A stretch of 64,000 nt of DNA, taken from contig OX597818.1 of assembly GCA_951406725.2 (NCBI GenBank), positions 16,616,001 through 16,680,000 of the forward strand, given 5' to 3'. Positions within the stretch are counted from its first letter, which is position 1. Every line of letters begins with the position of its first letter. This document shows, piece after piece, positions 1-14,827 of the stretch. This DNA is from Octopus vulgaris. Taxonomy: Eukaryota. The notes under the pieces are model-generated. The model saw nothing but the letters and a program-made list of their open reading frames with translations, had not been told where the DNA came from and did no database searches. Both the position numbers and the translations under genes were made by a program.

Positions 1-213
1 GACAAGGTACTTGTTGAATTGGCTGTTAACTACATAGTAGTTATTCCGCCCCTTGACGGGTCTTATTTTTCGTCCCGCAGGGTGTCCAACCATCACCCCA
101 CCTCACCAAACAAGCTTGATGGGGTTGCCAGTTTAGTCACCGACGATCCGACCATGCAACAGGTTGTACTGGGTTACATGTTACCAGTAGGGTTCAAGAG
201 CGACTTGACCTGA
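1..213 (-). mobile_element. Probable 5' UTR fragment of an RTE-clade LINE, running off the window edge
   Basis: The minus strand has AAACTGGCAACC...CACCC...AAGGGGCGGA, which I recall from RTE 5' UTRs. No coding sequence lies in the window to confirm it. Confidence 0.35.
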
Positions 214-230
214 ACACACATTATACATAT

Positions 231-626
231 TCTTTTATTCTTCTACTTGTTTCTGTCAGTTGACCGCGGCCATGCTAGAGCACCGGCTTGAAGAGTTTTA
301 GTCGAACAAATCGACCCAAGAACTTTTTTAAGCCTACTATTTATTCTATCGGTCTCCTTTGCCGAACCGCTAAATTACGGAGACGTAAACACACTAACAC
401 CGGTTGTCAAGCAGTAGAGGGGACAAATACAGACATAGTTACATACACACACACACACCTATATATATGTATGTATACTACGTGCTTCTTTCAGTTTCCG
501 TCTACCAAATCCACCCACAAGGACTTGGTCAGCTCGAGGCTATAGTAGAAGGCACTTGCCCAAGGTGCCATGCAATGGGACTGGACCTAGACCATGTAGT
601 CGGGAAGCAAGCTTCTTGTCACACAG

Positions 627-627
<1 letters not shown>
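231..627 (-). mobile_element. tRNA-derived CORE-type SINE (family A)
   Basis: Reverse complement of the 19651-20070 copy: tRNA-like head, CACCTTGGGCAAGTG CORE-like segment, internal TA/TG tract, tail ending CAAGTAGAAG. Confidence 0.85.
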
Positions 628-662
<35 letters not shown>

Positions 663-1456
663 CACACACACACGCACACATACATATATATATTACATGT
701 ATAATACATATGTAATGTAAAAACACTCTACAGGCTGCGATAGTCAATAAAATAGACATAACATTTTAAAATTTAGTCTTTTTGTACGGCCCGGTATCAA
801 ATGATTCACGGTCCGGCACTGGTGGTTGGGATATTTATATCAGGATTGATGTCTTGTATATAGTTATGCTCTTGACGTTCTGACTTCATCTACTCAGGAC
901 TGGTATTTTTTTTTATCCATCAAATACATAAATAAATAAATAAATAAGATAAATAAATAAAAAGTGAAAGTGATATACTTTTAGCGTGTTTAGTCAATTA
1001 CATCTCGTCATAGATGTATAACCTTGTGGCAAATGTGAAAAATCAATATTGATAAAGTAAGGGCTTTACAATATTTAGATAAGTATTCCTGCGATGAATT
1101 CAACCTGCTAGCGTGGACTTTTCATTTCATTTCTCTTGATTCGTTAAATTAAATGCTATACATATAATGAAGTCAATTCAACTGACTGCGCTCCTTCTCT
1201 ACCAATTCGTGACTTTGCATTACACGAGAATCGCGAAAGTCCATTCAATTTACTATATCTATCACTATCTTGAAAATTTACACCCTGTACCAATGCAAAA
1301 AATCAATATTATATTATCACGTATAGGAGCTATTTTCTAAAATTTGTATATATATATATATAGATGTACTTTGTATGGGGAAATGTGGTGTTCAATTTTC
1401 TATCAGAGAGGAGATTGAAAAGAAATACTTTTTTCAAAATTTCACTTATACATTTA

Positions 1457-1842
1457 GGCGCAGATGTGGTTGAATGGGAAGAAGCTTACTTCCCAATCAC
1501 ATGGTTCTGAGTTCAGTCCCATTGCGTGGTACCTTGGTCAAGCGAATTCTGCTATATCCTACGGCCGACTAAAGCATTGTGAGTGGATTTAGTAGAGGGA
1601 AACTGAAAGAAGCCCGTCGTATACATACCTATATCTCTATATTTATGTCATTGTTTGTCCCCGCCCTCAACTGCTTGGCAACCTGTGTTGGTGTATTTAC
1701 GTCCCCGTAACTTAGCGTTTCAGCAAAAGAAATGATAGAATAAGTACCAAGCTTAACAAAGAAAAGAAAACCATTCGACTAAAATTTCTTCAAGGCGGTG
1801 TATCAGCATGGCCGCAGTCTAATGACTGAAACAAGTAAAAGA
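1457..1842 (+). mobile_element. SINE family A
   Basis: GGCGCAGATGTGG head, GAGTTCAGTCCC B-box-like motif, CCTTGGTCAAG core, tail CAGCATGGCCGCAGTC...GAAACAAGTAAAAG. Confidence 0.85.
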
Positions 1843-3044
1843 TGAAAAAAAACATTGTTATACTTTTTAATATTATCTTGATCATATTGGTTTGTAGCAA
1901 ATTGTAGTTGTTTCATGCAGGCATAGCGTGGATTCGATCCTCGATAACCAAATTACACTTAACAGTACAAAAGCACTTTTCTCACGGTAAAACAATAGTT
2001 TTATGTCAGTGACAGCAGTTACATTTGCCAGACCCCTTCTCTAAGCAGTATAATGTCTTTGCCACTTGGACCTTCTAACCTCTTCTAGGCCACCAAAAGC
2101 TAGAATAGAGATAACAGACCGCCAACGAAATCTATTGTTCTCGACAATATATCTATCCTTCTGGCTGGTTTTGGATAGTTATAAAAACAAGAACTCCATA
2201 AGCCGAAGTCAGTTAGTGAGAACCGAGTCTGGCTGACCGGCTGAACAAAATGCCGTCTCTAAAGGAAAAGCCACAAAGGGACAACTATGGTAACTCACCA
2301 ACGAAGCAGTTGTTTCGTCCCACCACTCACTTTCACTAACTCACTTTATTTTCTCTGAAACATTACATATCTCAAAATAAGGTTAATTTTTTTTTTAATC
2401 CAAGGAAAATATGAGACTGTTCCATCACATCACCATGTATGAGGTTTCATGGTGTTATTAAGCCATTCTATTTTATGAATAGAATTCAATGAGAGAAAAA
2501 AATACTTCGTTGCATGTAATTCCCTTTCTTTCGTCTGTTATTTAATCGCATTTCATATCTGCTTGTATTACGGAATTTCAGATCTGAATGAATGAAATAC
2601 ACAGGATTGCTTTAGTTCCAATCAGTTCAACAGATTTAAACCTCAATATTGAGAGAGAGAGAGAGTTATATATTTCCGCTGTTGATCGTTTTACATCCTG
2701 CATTGACATTTTTCTCTTCCGATCTGACCAGTTTTGACGTTTACTCTTTCAACAACATCAACAGATTTTTTTTATCCTCCTCTTCTCAAAACAACTTCTT
2801 TACACATACACATACCATATTGATTAACCAGCATTACCAGCCACTGACTACATTATATACTAGCATAGTGGCAACGGCGCCAATCAAAGAGTTAAATCAC
2901 CGTAAAACAATCAATCGCCTTTATGCACTCCCTCGTCTCTCTCTCTCAAATAATAATAGTTTAGCGTGACTAGAACTACTTTCAAAGTTCTCTATTTCAT
3001 TTTATAAAGCTTGGTCTTTTATATGCTCTGGAGCATATAATTGT

Positions 3045-3250
3045 TTCTAATTTAGACACAAGAGCAACAACTTTGAGGAAAGAGGATTAGTTGATACCAT
3101 CGACACCAGTATGTGACTGGTACTCTATTTTATCAACCCGAGAGCATGAAAGACAAAGTTGACCACAGCGGAATTGGAATTCTGAAACTAAAGTGCCAGA
3201 ACAAATACTGACAAAGCATTTTCCAACGTTCTAACAATTCTGCCAAGCTA
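3045..3250 (-). mobile_element. SINE family B (Nin-domain-like), diverged
   Basis: CTGGTACT...TTATCAACCC...GAAAGACAAAGTTGACC matches the reverse complement of the family B central domain. Confidence 0.7.
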
Positions 3251-4214
3251 TCACTTAATCAAGACTAGCAGTACCTGTGGAAACGCCACGATTATTTTGA
3301 AAACCATAAGTTTATCAAGTATTTATTGAGAACCATGAAATGCAAAATTTCTTTGGAAATTGTATGTTTTTTTTTTTTTGTTTGGTCTTTTTTATCGCGA
3401 AGCGTTTAATTCTTGAGATGGTGTAAAGATCGCAAAAGTTGCAATCTTACAATGGAACATGTTTGAAAAACTATATTCTTTGTTATACATTAGTTGCCAC
3501 GTTTACCTTGAGAGGTGTTATCTATCGTTTTAACGTTTAAATTAATAAGTTATCTCCTGGCGATGACTTTAAATTGCTTTCAGCACTGGTTTGGGAGTTG
3601 CAAGGTTTTGAAGAATGTAGAACTACCTCTTAGTCACTATTATTTCCAGCTCTATTCTGAACCGGAGTAGTAGTACTTGTCAAGATCTCAGCTATGGGTT
3701 AATTAGCATAGTATGGTTTACCTACCTATGCATGTGAAGGCTGGATCCGGCGTACTGCGGAAGAAACCTTCGTGAATCAACAAAAGGGAAAGCTGTTGCA
3801 GCAATGTATTGTGGAGTGCAGTGAGCAAGATGGGGCAAGAAAGACATCCTGGTCATCCACTGCATCTGCCTTCATCCCCAATCGTCTTGGCCTGGTTTTG
3901 CTACTAGATTGAAGATGGTCACAAATGAGAGAGTTGACCAAGCAAGTCATCAATCATCCTTAATGATGACAAGATGATCCGACGGGCAAACATGTACATC
4001 GATATGTAATCAATCTTAAATAAAGAATAAGCTAGAAAACATAATCTGTATCATTATTCTGTTGCAGTGCGACTACAATAGAAACAAATCTTAATATGCT
4101 ATACTATATCCTTATTTTCATATTAAGAAAAGTGGGCTTATGACTGGTTTTGATCCATTGTCCCAGCGAATTGAAATAAGTAGCTAATCCATTTAGCTGT
4201 AGATTTTAATATTC

Positions 4215-4790
4215 TCTCAAATTTTGACACAAAGTCAGTAATTTTGAGGGAAGGGGCAAATCGATTACATCGAGAAAAAAACCCATCCCCGAAGTACTTG
4301 ACTGGAGTTGATGTGTTCATTTTATCAACACCGAAAGATTGAAAGGCAAGATCATTCTCGGTGACATCTGAACTTAGAACATAATGCCGGAAGAAATCCT
4401 TTCTGCTTTAGGGATAAAGCCAGAAATTTTGTGGGTTGGAGACTAGTCGATTACATTAACTCCAGGACTCAACTGGTACTTTTTTCATCGACCCCCGAAA
4501 AGAACGAAAAGCAAAGTCGACCTCAGCGGAATTTGAACTCAGAAAGTGAAGCGCAATAACGATTCTACCAACTCGTCGACTGCTGTGTATTTTAGTATGT
4601 TGCTTATATAATCTTTTCTACTCTAGGCACAAGGCCCGAAATTTTGAGGGAGGAGGCCAGTCGATTACATCGACCCCATTATGCAACTGGTACTTAATTT
4701 ATCGACCCCAAAAGTATAAAAGGCAAAGTCGACCTCGGGGGAATTTGAACTCAGAAAGTGAAGCGCAATAACGATTCTACCAGCTCGTCG
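4215..4790 (-). mobile_element. Cluster of three SINE family B copies
   Basis: Three AAATTTTG...TCGATTACAT...GTACT...GAACT blocks. The end GAATTTGAACTCAGAAAGTGAAGCGCAATAACGATTCTACCA is duplicated at ~4530 and ~4741. Confidence 0.8.
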
Positions 4791-5229
4791 ACTGTTGTGT
4801 ATTTTAGTATGCTGTTTATATAATACATTATCTCTTCGATTTCGCTTTCATAGTTTATCATTTAATTGTTTCACGAAGAATATAAATGTAGTCAATATAA
4901 TAGAGTGTGTCTTCGATTTCGTTCATTTGTTACAGCGTTACATTGACCATAACAGAACAATATTGTAAACTAGCATCAATAGATCACAGAAAACTAGTCG
5001 TTTGGAATCGTTTGAAATATATTCATGACAGTAACGTCAATTAATTCTTCCCAAAGCTTCATTTAATTTTAGTTAGTACACATTTTAGAAAGAACAGACA
5101 GTTTGTGCCATCCAGAATGAGATGAATATTAACAAAATAAATACTAGCGACAGAAGCATCATACATGTCAAATGGCAGTCTTTATATCCTACTCAACGTC
5201 TGTGTATTCTTAGAACGCTGAATAAGCCA

Positions 5230-5450
5230 GTGAGCTAGTAGAATCGTTAGCACTCCAGACAAAATGCTAAGCAGCATTTCTTCCAACTTTAGGTTCTGAG
5301 TTCAAATTCCACCGAAGTCGACTTTGCCTTGCATCCTTTCGATGTCGATAAAATAAGAACCAGCTGAGCTCTGGAGTCGATGTAATCGACAAGCCCTCAC
5401 CCCCACCCCTTCCCAAATTTTCGAGCCTTGTGCCTATATTAAAAAGACTT
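5230..5450 (+). mobile_element. SINE family B
   Basis: GAGCTAGTAGAATCG head, GAGTTCAAATTCC B box, GTCGACTTTGCCTTGCATCCTTTCGATGTCGATAAAATAAG central domain. Confidence 0.8.
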
Positions 5451-5744
5451 ATTAGAACGCCGAATACTCGCTGTTTGCCTTGAGAGATCCTCTCTTAGAG
5501 ACGCATATGCTCAGAGCACAGGCATATACCGTTAGCAAACGTGAACCGTGTAGCATGGGCGCTTGTCTTCGAACGATATATGTCTGTGCCCTTAGTACCA
5601 TGTGTCTGCATGAGAGGATCTCTCAAGGCGAATGCTGCAGTATTTGGCATCCTAATAATACATTCACGTTGAGTAGGATATAAAGAATACCATGCGGAAT
5701 ATATTACAAATGAGAAATGTCAATCATTTCAACCAACAAATAAT

Positions 5745-6315
5745 GGTTTCTAATTTAGGCACAAGGCCAGAAATTTCTTGGGGAGAGGGTTACTCAACAC
5801 CAGTGGCCCCATTACATGACTGACTGGTACTTTATTTTATCGACCTCGGTGGATGAAATACGACGCTAGTCCCTGCCTGAATTGAACTCAGTGCTCTTAC
5901 GTTTTCACTAGCTTCCTAGAGTGACGCAAGCCTACAGTTGTAATATGGAGGAATATATGCTACTAGTACTTATCTTATTTATCTGTTGTGGATATCCTAA
6001 AAACACTGTCAACTATTGATATACTCACATTCAGATCATAAAGGTACGAAAATATATGCTGCATTTAGTCAACTATCCACGACCGTTCAACAACCCTATA
6101 ATAATTCCAACGTAAAGCACAAGGCCAAAAATTGAGTGGCGATGACAGTCGATTATATCATCTTAGTACTCAATTGGAACTTTATTTTACCGGCCTCAAG
6201 AAAAGAAGGCGAAATTGATCTCAGCGGGATTTGAACACAGAACATAATGGGTCGTAAATAAATGATGCAAGGCATTTTGTCCGAAACTCAAACAATTTCC
6301 CACTCTCCCGCCTTA
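5745..6315 (-). mobile_element. Two diverged SINE family B copies
   Basis: GCACAAGGCC...G(G/A)ACTTT...TTGAAC blocks at ~5760-5890 and ~6117-6315. Confidence 0.65.
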
Positions 6316-6910
6316 AATAATATCTAAGAAGAGCACAAGGCTTGCAATTTGGTAGGGGCGAAACAGTCGATTATATCGACCACAATAAGTAACCGCAAAG
6401 CAATCTGACTCGCTAACGTTCCAGCTAATCGACCGCTATGAGCCAAACCTATATAATGATGCAATATTGTACAAATAAAGTATAATATAAAACCTACAAA
6501 CATTGTCGTATCCGAATTGATTCTAACAATTAATTACATTGCAAATTTGTAGAATTCTTTTCTCAAAGAATTGCAGACATAATGGCGCTTTGACTCAATA
6601 CAGACAACAATCAGAACAAGTGAAAGCTGAAATCCTTGAAATCTTCAACCAGAGCTGAATACTAAACAAATATTTATTCAGACGTGAATTTACATAACCA
6701 GTTCATCTGACTAATGTTTTCTTTTTTTTTTTTTTTTTGACACGGACAAGAAGAACGGGGACAAGTCTTTTTTTCTTTCCTTTGTTCAAGATAAAATGAT
6801 AATCTTTAACATAATTCATATGTTATTATTGTAGCATTCCCGAATATTAAGGTACATAATGAATAGGTAAAAATAGGTAACTATATATGTATATATATAA
6901 CATACATACA

Positions 6911-6991
<81 letters not shown>

Positions 6992-6992
<1 letters not shown>

Positions 6993-7342
6993 GACCCTAG
7001 TATCAATCTATTGCATTTCAATCTGTTTTAGGGTTAGGGTTAGGGGTGGGCGGAAGGGTATCTTTTTTTCTTCACAAATGTAGATAAACCCAATCTGTTT
7101 CTTAAACGAGGGACATATTCATACGTCACAGAATGTTTTATACCTCAATAGATGTCATTGATTGGTTGAAATTGCAGAAATTGAAGAAAAAAATCAACAA
7201 ATATCTTACAAACCATAGAATTTTCTCAATAAAGCCAAGAGAAAAAGATGTTTTATAAACACATTCTACCAGTATACGAAGTTTAAAAGTGTTTAGTTAC
7301 GTGGAAATTATTTTTAAAAACTGCCGTTCAAACCGAAAAGAT
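6992..7342. mobile_element. Non-autonomous DNA-element fragment containing (TTAGGG)3
   Basis: Lies between (TA)n tracts. Its distal part (TGTCATTGA...ACATTCTACCAGTATACGAAGTTT...AAAAGAT) recurs at 24607-24790. Confidence 0.55.
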
Positions 7343-7373
<31 letters not shown>

Positions 7374-7641
7374 TTAAAAATTGAGGGAGATAAATTAATA
7401 TTAATTTTAATATCAATTTAAAACCAGTAGTCCAGCATTCAAAAAATCTGAGGAGTCAGAGAAAATTCAAATATATGTGTATATTGGCAGGGCTGGCCTG
7501 CTAGGTAGCCGGCCAGAATGCTAGAAGAAGATCATCAACGATCAAACTACAAGGGAAATTCTCTAGAGGAAGAATTCAACGAACACCAGAAGCAACTTTG
7601 GCGGGCAGGACATATGAAAAATTAAATAAATAACAGACTTA

Positions 7642-7717
7642 AATGCATACCTCGGTTTCGGTCTTAACAAAAGAATTACTTGCATAATTCAAGTGTCCGT
7701 GACTTCTTCAGTACATT
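7642..7717 (-). ncRNA. Type I hammerhead ribozyme motif
   Basis: Minus strand reads AAUGUA-CUGAAGA-AGUC..GACC-GAAAC-CGAG-GUA-UGCAUU. Stem I has 6 bp; the basal pair of stem II is mismatched (A-C). Confidence 0.75.
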
Positions 7718-8336
7718 CGGTCCTCGTGATGCAAACCGCAAGACTAACCCCAGCTCTCTGTGTCAAGACAGACACGTGCTTAGTCTTACTGATTACATCG
7801 GGAATAAAATTTCAAATGGCTTGGTTCTGGCGCGCTGAGAGACTCCTGAAGCGAAGGGCTGCAGTGAATAATTCACTGCGGATAGTGCTTACAACTAGGG
7901 AACGTATTTATTTAAATATTTAAAAATTGAGGGAGATAAATTAATATTAATTTTAATATCAATTTAAAACCAGTAGTCCAGCATACAAAAATCTGAGAAA
8001 TCAGAGAAAATTCTAATATATGTGTATATATATATATATATTTAATATATATGTGTATATATATATATATATTTAATAATGAGGGAGATAAATTAATATT
8101 AATTTTAATATCAATTTAAAACCAGTAGTCCAGCATACAAAAATCTGAGAAATCAGAGAAAATTCTAATATATGTGTATATTGGCAGGGCTTACTGCTAG
8201 GGAGTCGACCGTATGCTAGAAATAGACCATCAACGATCAAACTACAAGGAAATTCTCTAGAGGAAAAATACAGCGAACACCAGAACCAACTCTGGCGGGC
8301 ATGACATATGAAAATTTATATTAAAAACAGAATTAA

Positions 8337-8409
8337 ATGCATACCTCGGTTTCAGCCTTAACAAAAGAATTATTTACGTAATTCAAATGTCCGTGCTTCT
8401 TCAGTGCAT
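8337..8409 (-). ncRNA. Type I hammerhead ribozyme motif
   Basis: Minus strand reads AUGCA-CUGAAGA-AGC..(GAAUUA/UAAUUC hairpin)..GCU-GAAAC-CGAG-GUA-UGCAU. The core is canonical and all stems pair. Confidence 0.82.
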
Positions 8410-8834
8410 CCGTTCATTGTGATGTAAATTGAAAAAGCTAACCCCAGCTTTCGTGCCAGTACAGACACGAGTGTAGCTTTACCGATTACACCAGTGATAA
8501 AATTTCAAATGTCTTGGTTCTGGCGCGCTAATAAATTTCTGAGGCGAAGGGCTGCAGTAAATAATTCACTGCGGTCGGTGCTTTGTACTAGAGAACGTAT
8601 TTATTTCAATATTTAATAATGAGGGAGATAAATTAATATTAATTTTAATATCAAATATATATATATATGATAAATAATAAATAATATATATATATGCATA
8701 TATTGGTACAGGACGTCACCAATGGTGCAAATAACATGAAATACGTAAACAAACGAGGGGAAAACGAGTGAAATCCGTAAACAACGTAACTCACAAAGCC
8801 TTTCGGGTTTCTTAATAAAAATATTATTTATGTA

Positions 8835-8894
<60 letters not shown>

Positions 8895-9035
8895 GCATAC
8901 ATATATATATACATATATATACATGCATTTATAAATACACATACATATTTTTGTATTTATACGTATGCGTACATATATATATGTATATATAATATATATA
9001 ATATACATACATACATACATACATACATACATACA

Positions 9036-9067
<32 letters not shown>

Positions 9068-9075
9068 CACATACA

Positions 9076-9213
9076 ATAGCTTGCTTACCAGCCACATGGT
9101 TCCGGGTTCAGTCCCACTGCGTGGTACCTTGGGCAAGTGTCTTCTACTATAGCCTCGGGCCGACCAAAGCCTTGTGAGTGGATTTGGTAGACGGAAACTG
9201 AAAGAAGCCTGTC

Positions 9214-9215
<2 letters not shown>
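9076..9215 (+). mobile_element. SINE family A, 5' part; tail probably resumes at ~10880-11100
   Basis: GGGTTCAGTCCCACTGCGTGGTACCTTGGGCAAGTGTC...AAGCCTGTCG followed by (TA)n. Confidence 0.8.
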
Positions 9216-9263
<48 letters not shown>

Positions 9264-9438
9264 GTTTAAATATTTGTTGTGCAAGATTTTTTATGTGAAG
9301 TCGTGTGTTGAAACAGATATTGTTATATTTCGGAATGGTCATATTGCCAGTTTAGCCAATAAAAACACACGCACTATATATTTGGTGTTATTTTGCTTCA
9401 GTGATATTTATTTTTTACATTAATCTTAATCTTATTTC

Positions 9439-9483
9439 GGCCAAAGTTCTTTCGTCACACTCCTGTGACCGCATCAGTGGTCC
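9439..9483 (-). ncRNA. Variant hammerhead-like motif in the PLE 3' region
   Basis: GGACCA-CUGAUGC-G-GUCACA(GGAG)UGUGAC-GAAAG-AA-CUU-UGGCC. A9 is replaced by C and there is one extra nucleotide. Confidence 0.5.
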
Positions 9484-9797
9484 TTTGTTTTCTTCTCACT
9501 TACTTGTGTCTCTCCTTACTAACCGTCAGCCATTTTGTATTTCTATTGTATGTCTTCATTTGCGCATGCTTATATCTCTATGTGCGTCTATGTTTATTTA
9601 GTGTGTGTGTGGGGTGGATGCCTGTAATATTTGTATCTTCTGGTTATATACATTCTTGTAATTTGTATTTTGTTTTTGTTGTTGTTGCTTTTGTTCTAAT
9701 TTTGTTCATGTGTTTACATCCACCCATTATTATCATTACATATTCTTGTATGTATGTATAACAACAATATTAGTAATAATAATAATAAATCTAATTG

Positions 9798-9863
<66 letters not shown>

Positions 9864-9971
9864 TATACACATATACATACACACATATATACACATATAC
9901 ATATATATAGTTATTCATTTCTATTTCTTTAATTATCTGTGCATTTATTATGTTTGCAGGATCCACTATCG

Positions 9972-10505
9972 TCATATGTTGTGGTGTGCGCTATTGCTCC
10001 ATTCTAGTTTTCTATTCAGGCTAGGTTTATTTTCTATTATATGTGTAGCTCCTGTAATTTGTCTAATTGTTGCATCTGTTCTATGTGTGGACAATATCTT
10101 AATCTCTATGTTATTGATTGATCCCCCGTGTTCTTGTTCAGCGTGTTGGTACAGAATCGATGAGCTTTTACCTTCCTTGAGTTGTCTCCAATGTACATTC
10201 GCCCGCTCACCAATGCTTCTTGCTGTTTCCCCTACGTATGTTACTGTCTTGTTACTGCATCGTCCCTCTATACATCTTATACTATAGACCACATTTCTGG
10301 CTTTACAGTTTGTTTGTGGGCTAAATCTACATACAGTGCAATAGTTATCCGTACAGAGAGTTCTACTAAAAGGATAGCTTCTACCAATTATAGATCTGAT
10401 AGGGTTGCCTGGCTTTTCAACAACCTTAATTCTTAGTTTAAGTTTATCTAGGGTCCTTCTAAAGCGGTATGCCAGTTCACCTCCAGGGGTGGTGTCAACG
10501 AACAT
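9972..10505 (-). pseudogene. PLE C-terminal GIY-YIG endonuclease domain (fragment)
   Basis: CTDNYCTVC Cys linker, NVVYSIRC...YVGETARSIGER (GIY-YIG), H...H pair, C-terminal LNRKLEW. Confidence 0.88.
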
Positions 10506-10573
10506 GACACTCTGGTATTTATGGCTATCATACCAAGAGTTGGCCTTCCCTATTTATGACCATTCCGAAATAT

Positions 10574-10618
<45 letters not shown>

Positions 10619-10879
10619 CCATTCACCCACTAGAAATAACAGCCAAAAGCTTTAACCGCAAAATAACATTAATTCCGTAAACCAGGAGAAAATTGAAAAA
10701 CATTTACCCTGTAATTTCTTAGACGATGGCCGTTCCTTGATTGTGATGTTGAACTTAAAAATGGTTTATGACTATTTAATTTTTCCCACTAGGCCGCTGG
10801 TGGCAAAAGAATTCTACAAAATTTTTTTTTGCCACCCTATATTGATTAAATATATATATATATATATATATATATACAT

Positions 10880-11300
<421 letters not shown>

Positions 11301-11365
11301 GTTTGTACATTTGTCTTGCAAGAGAATGGAATAAACAGAGCAAGAGCACATACAAAGACAGAAAG

Positions 11366-11410
11366 TGTCTCTGAGGAGGTCACAGATGTGTGACGAAAGA
11401 TTTCCGGACG
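11366..11410 (+). ncRNA. Hammerhead-like motif in an isolated pLTR-like fragment (11298-11455)
   Basis: GUCU-CUGAGGA-G-GUCACA(GAUG)UGUGAC-GAAAG-AU-UUC-CGGAC. Stem II is the same as in the 9439-9483 motif. Confidence 0.6.
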
Positions 11411-11519
11411 ATAGACATGAGTTAGAATAAGAACAGTAATAAACAAATATATAGTGTGTGTGATTATTTGGTTAAAAGAATGGCTTTCCTGAAACAATAT
11501 AGCTATATACATAAAACAA

Positions 11520-11599
<80 letters not shown>

Positions 11600-12353
11600 T
11601 GTGTGTGTGTGTGCGTATGCGCGTGTACGTATGTTTCTTATGCATTCGAAAACTTAGTTGCCGATTTTGACGTATGGGGTATCAAAAAATTCAGTAATCT
11701 TTCGGCTACCAAATAATTTAATTTTCGTTTACATATTTGTATTATAAAAATTTAACATTATAATCTTTCTCTAAGTCAACTATTGTAAACGACATTTTAT
11801 ACCACAATGACGACCACGACCACGACGTTAAATCCTCCTCCATCGTCACAACATTTTTTAATAGAGGAGATATGTAAATAGTGTGTGTGAGTTAGAAAGA
11901 TGGAGAGAGAGTGAAAGAAACAGACATAGACTAAAAGATAGGAACTATTACAGAGGGTGAGAAAAAATATGTATGAGCGAGAGAAACACATAATGAGAAA
12001 AAGACCGAGACGAGAAAGAAACAGAGAGAGAAAACAAGTTTCTATAGCAGTTGAAAGAGACAGAGAGAGAAAGCCGGAGAGAGAGACGCTGATGTTTGAT
12101 ACTGTATGTATGTTCTAGCAGATATCTGTATATTTGTATATCTGTGCATAACGCCAATGAGGGAGTCAGAGAGGAGAGAAAGAAACAGAGACGCATTCTG
12201 TTTCTTTCGCTCACACATATTCTTTTTCATCCTCTGTAATAGTTTCTCTCTTTTTGTCTAAGTAAGGAAGTGTCTCTTTACTTCTCCTCCTCCATCTTCT
12301 CGTTCGTTTTTGAATAGAGGGAGAAATGTAAATTGTGTGTGAGTGAGTTAGAA

Positions 12354-12404
<51 letters not shown>

Positions 12405-12645
12405 TAGACTAAAAGAGAGGAATTATTACAAAGAGTGAGAGAGAATACGAGTGAGCGTTCGAAGACTTAGTTGCCGATTTTGATGTATGAGGTATGAAGA
12501 GATTCAGTATTGTTTCGGCCACCAAATAACTTTATTTTCATTTACATATTTGCATTACACAAAATTAACATTATAATCTTTCTATAAGTCAACTATCGTA
12601 AACGACATTTTATACCACGACGACGACGACAACAACGATGTCACA

Positions 12646-14827
<2,182 letters not shown>

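Larger units (their letters stand above)
7372..8655 (-). mobile_element. Two ~545-bp non-coding, terminally redundant units (retrozyme or PLE solo pLTR), each with a hammerhead motif
   Basis: GAGGGAGATAAATTAATATTAATTTTAATATCAA recurs at ~7383, 7929, 8081 and 8621. The two units are homologous throughout, have no credible ORF and are flanked by (TA)n. Confidence 0.75.
9262..10580 (-). mobile_element. 5'-truncated Penelope-like element with 3' pLTR and a short inverted pLTR piece at the 5' end
   Basis: Contains the GIY-YIG ORF. 9318-9343 (TATTGTTATATTTCGGAATGGTCATA) is the reverse complement of 10555-10580. Inserted in (TA)n. Confidence 0.85.

Noticed and set aside
8613-9342. ORFs rich in YI/IY/HT/CV repeats (also ~11038-11716, 19385-19900, 42074-43390)
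   Set aside because: They are translations of (TA)n, (CA)n and (CATA)n microsatellites and SINE sequence, not genes.
9925-9980. SECIS element after the PLE ORF
   Set aside because: AUGA, AAA and GA are present but helix II does not pair, and the ORF fragment has no in-frame UGA.
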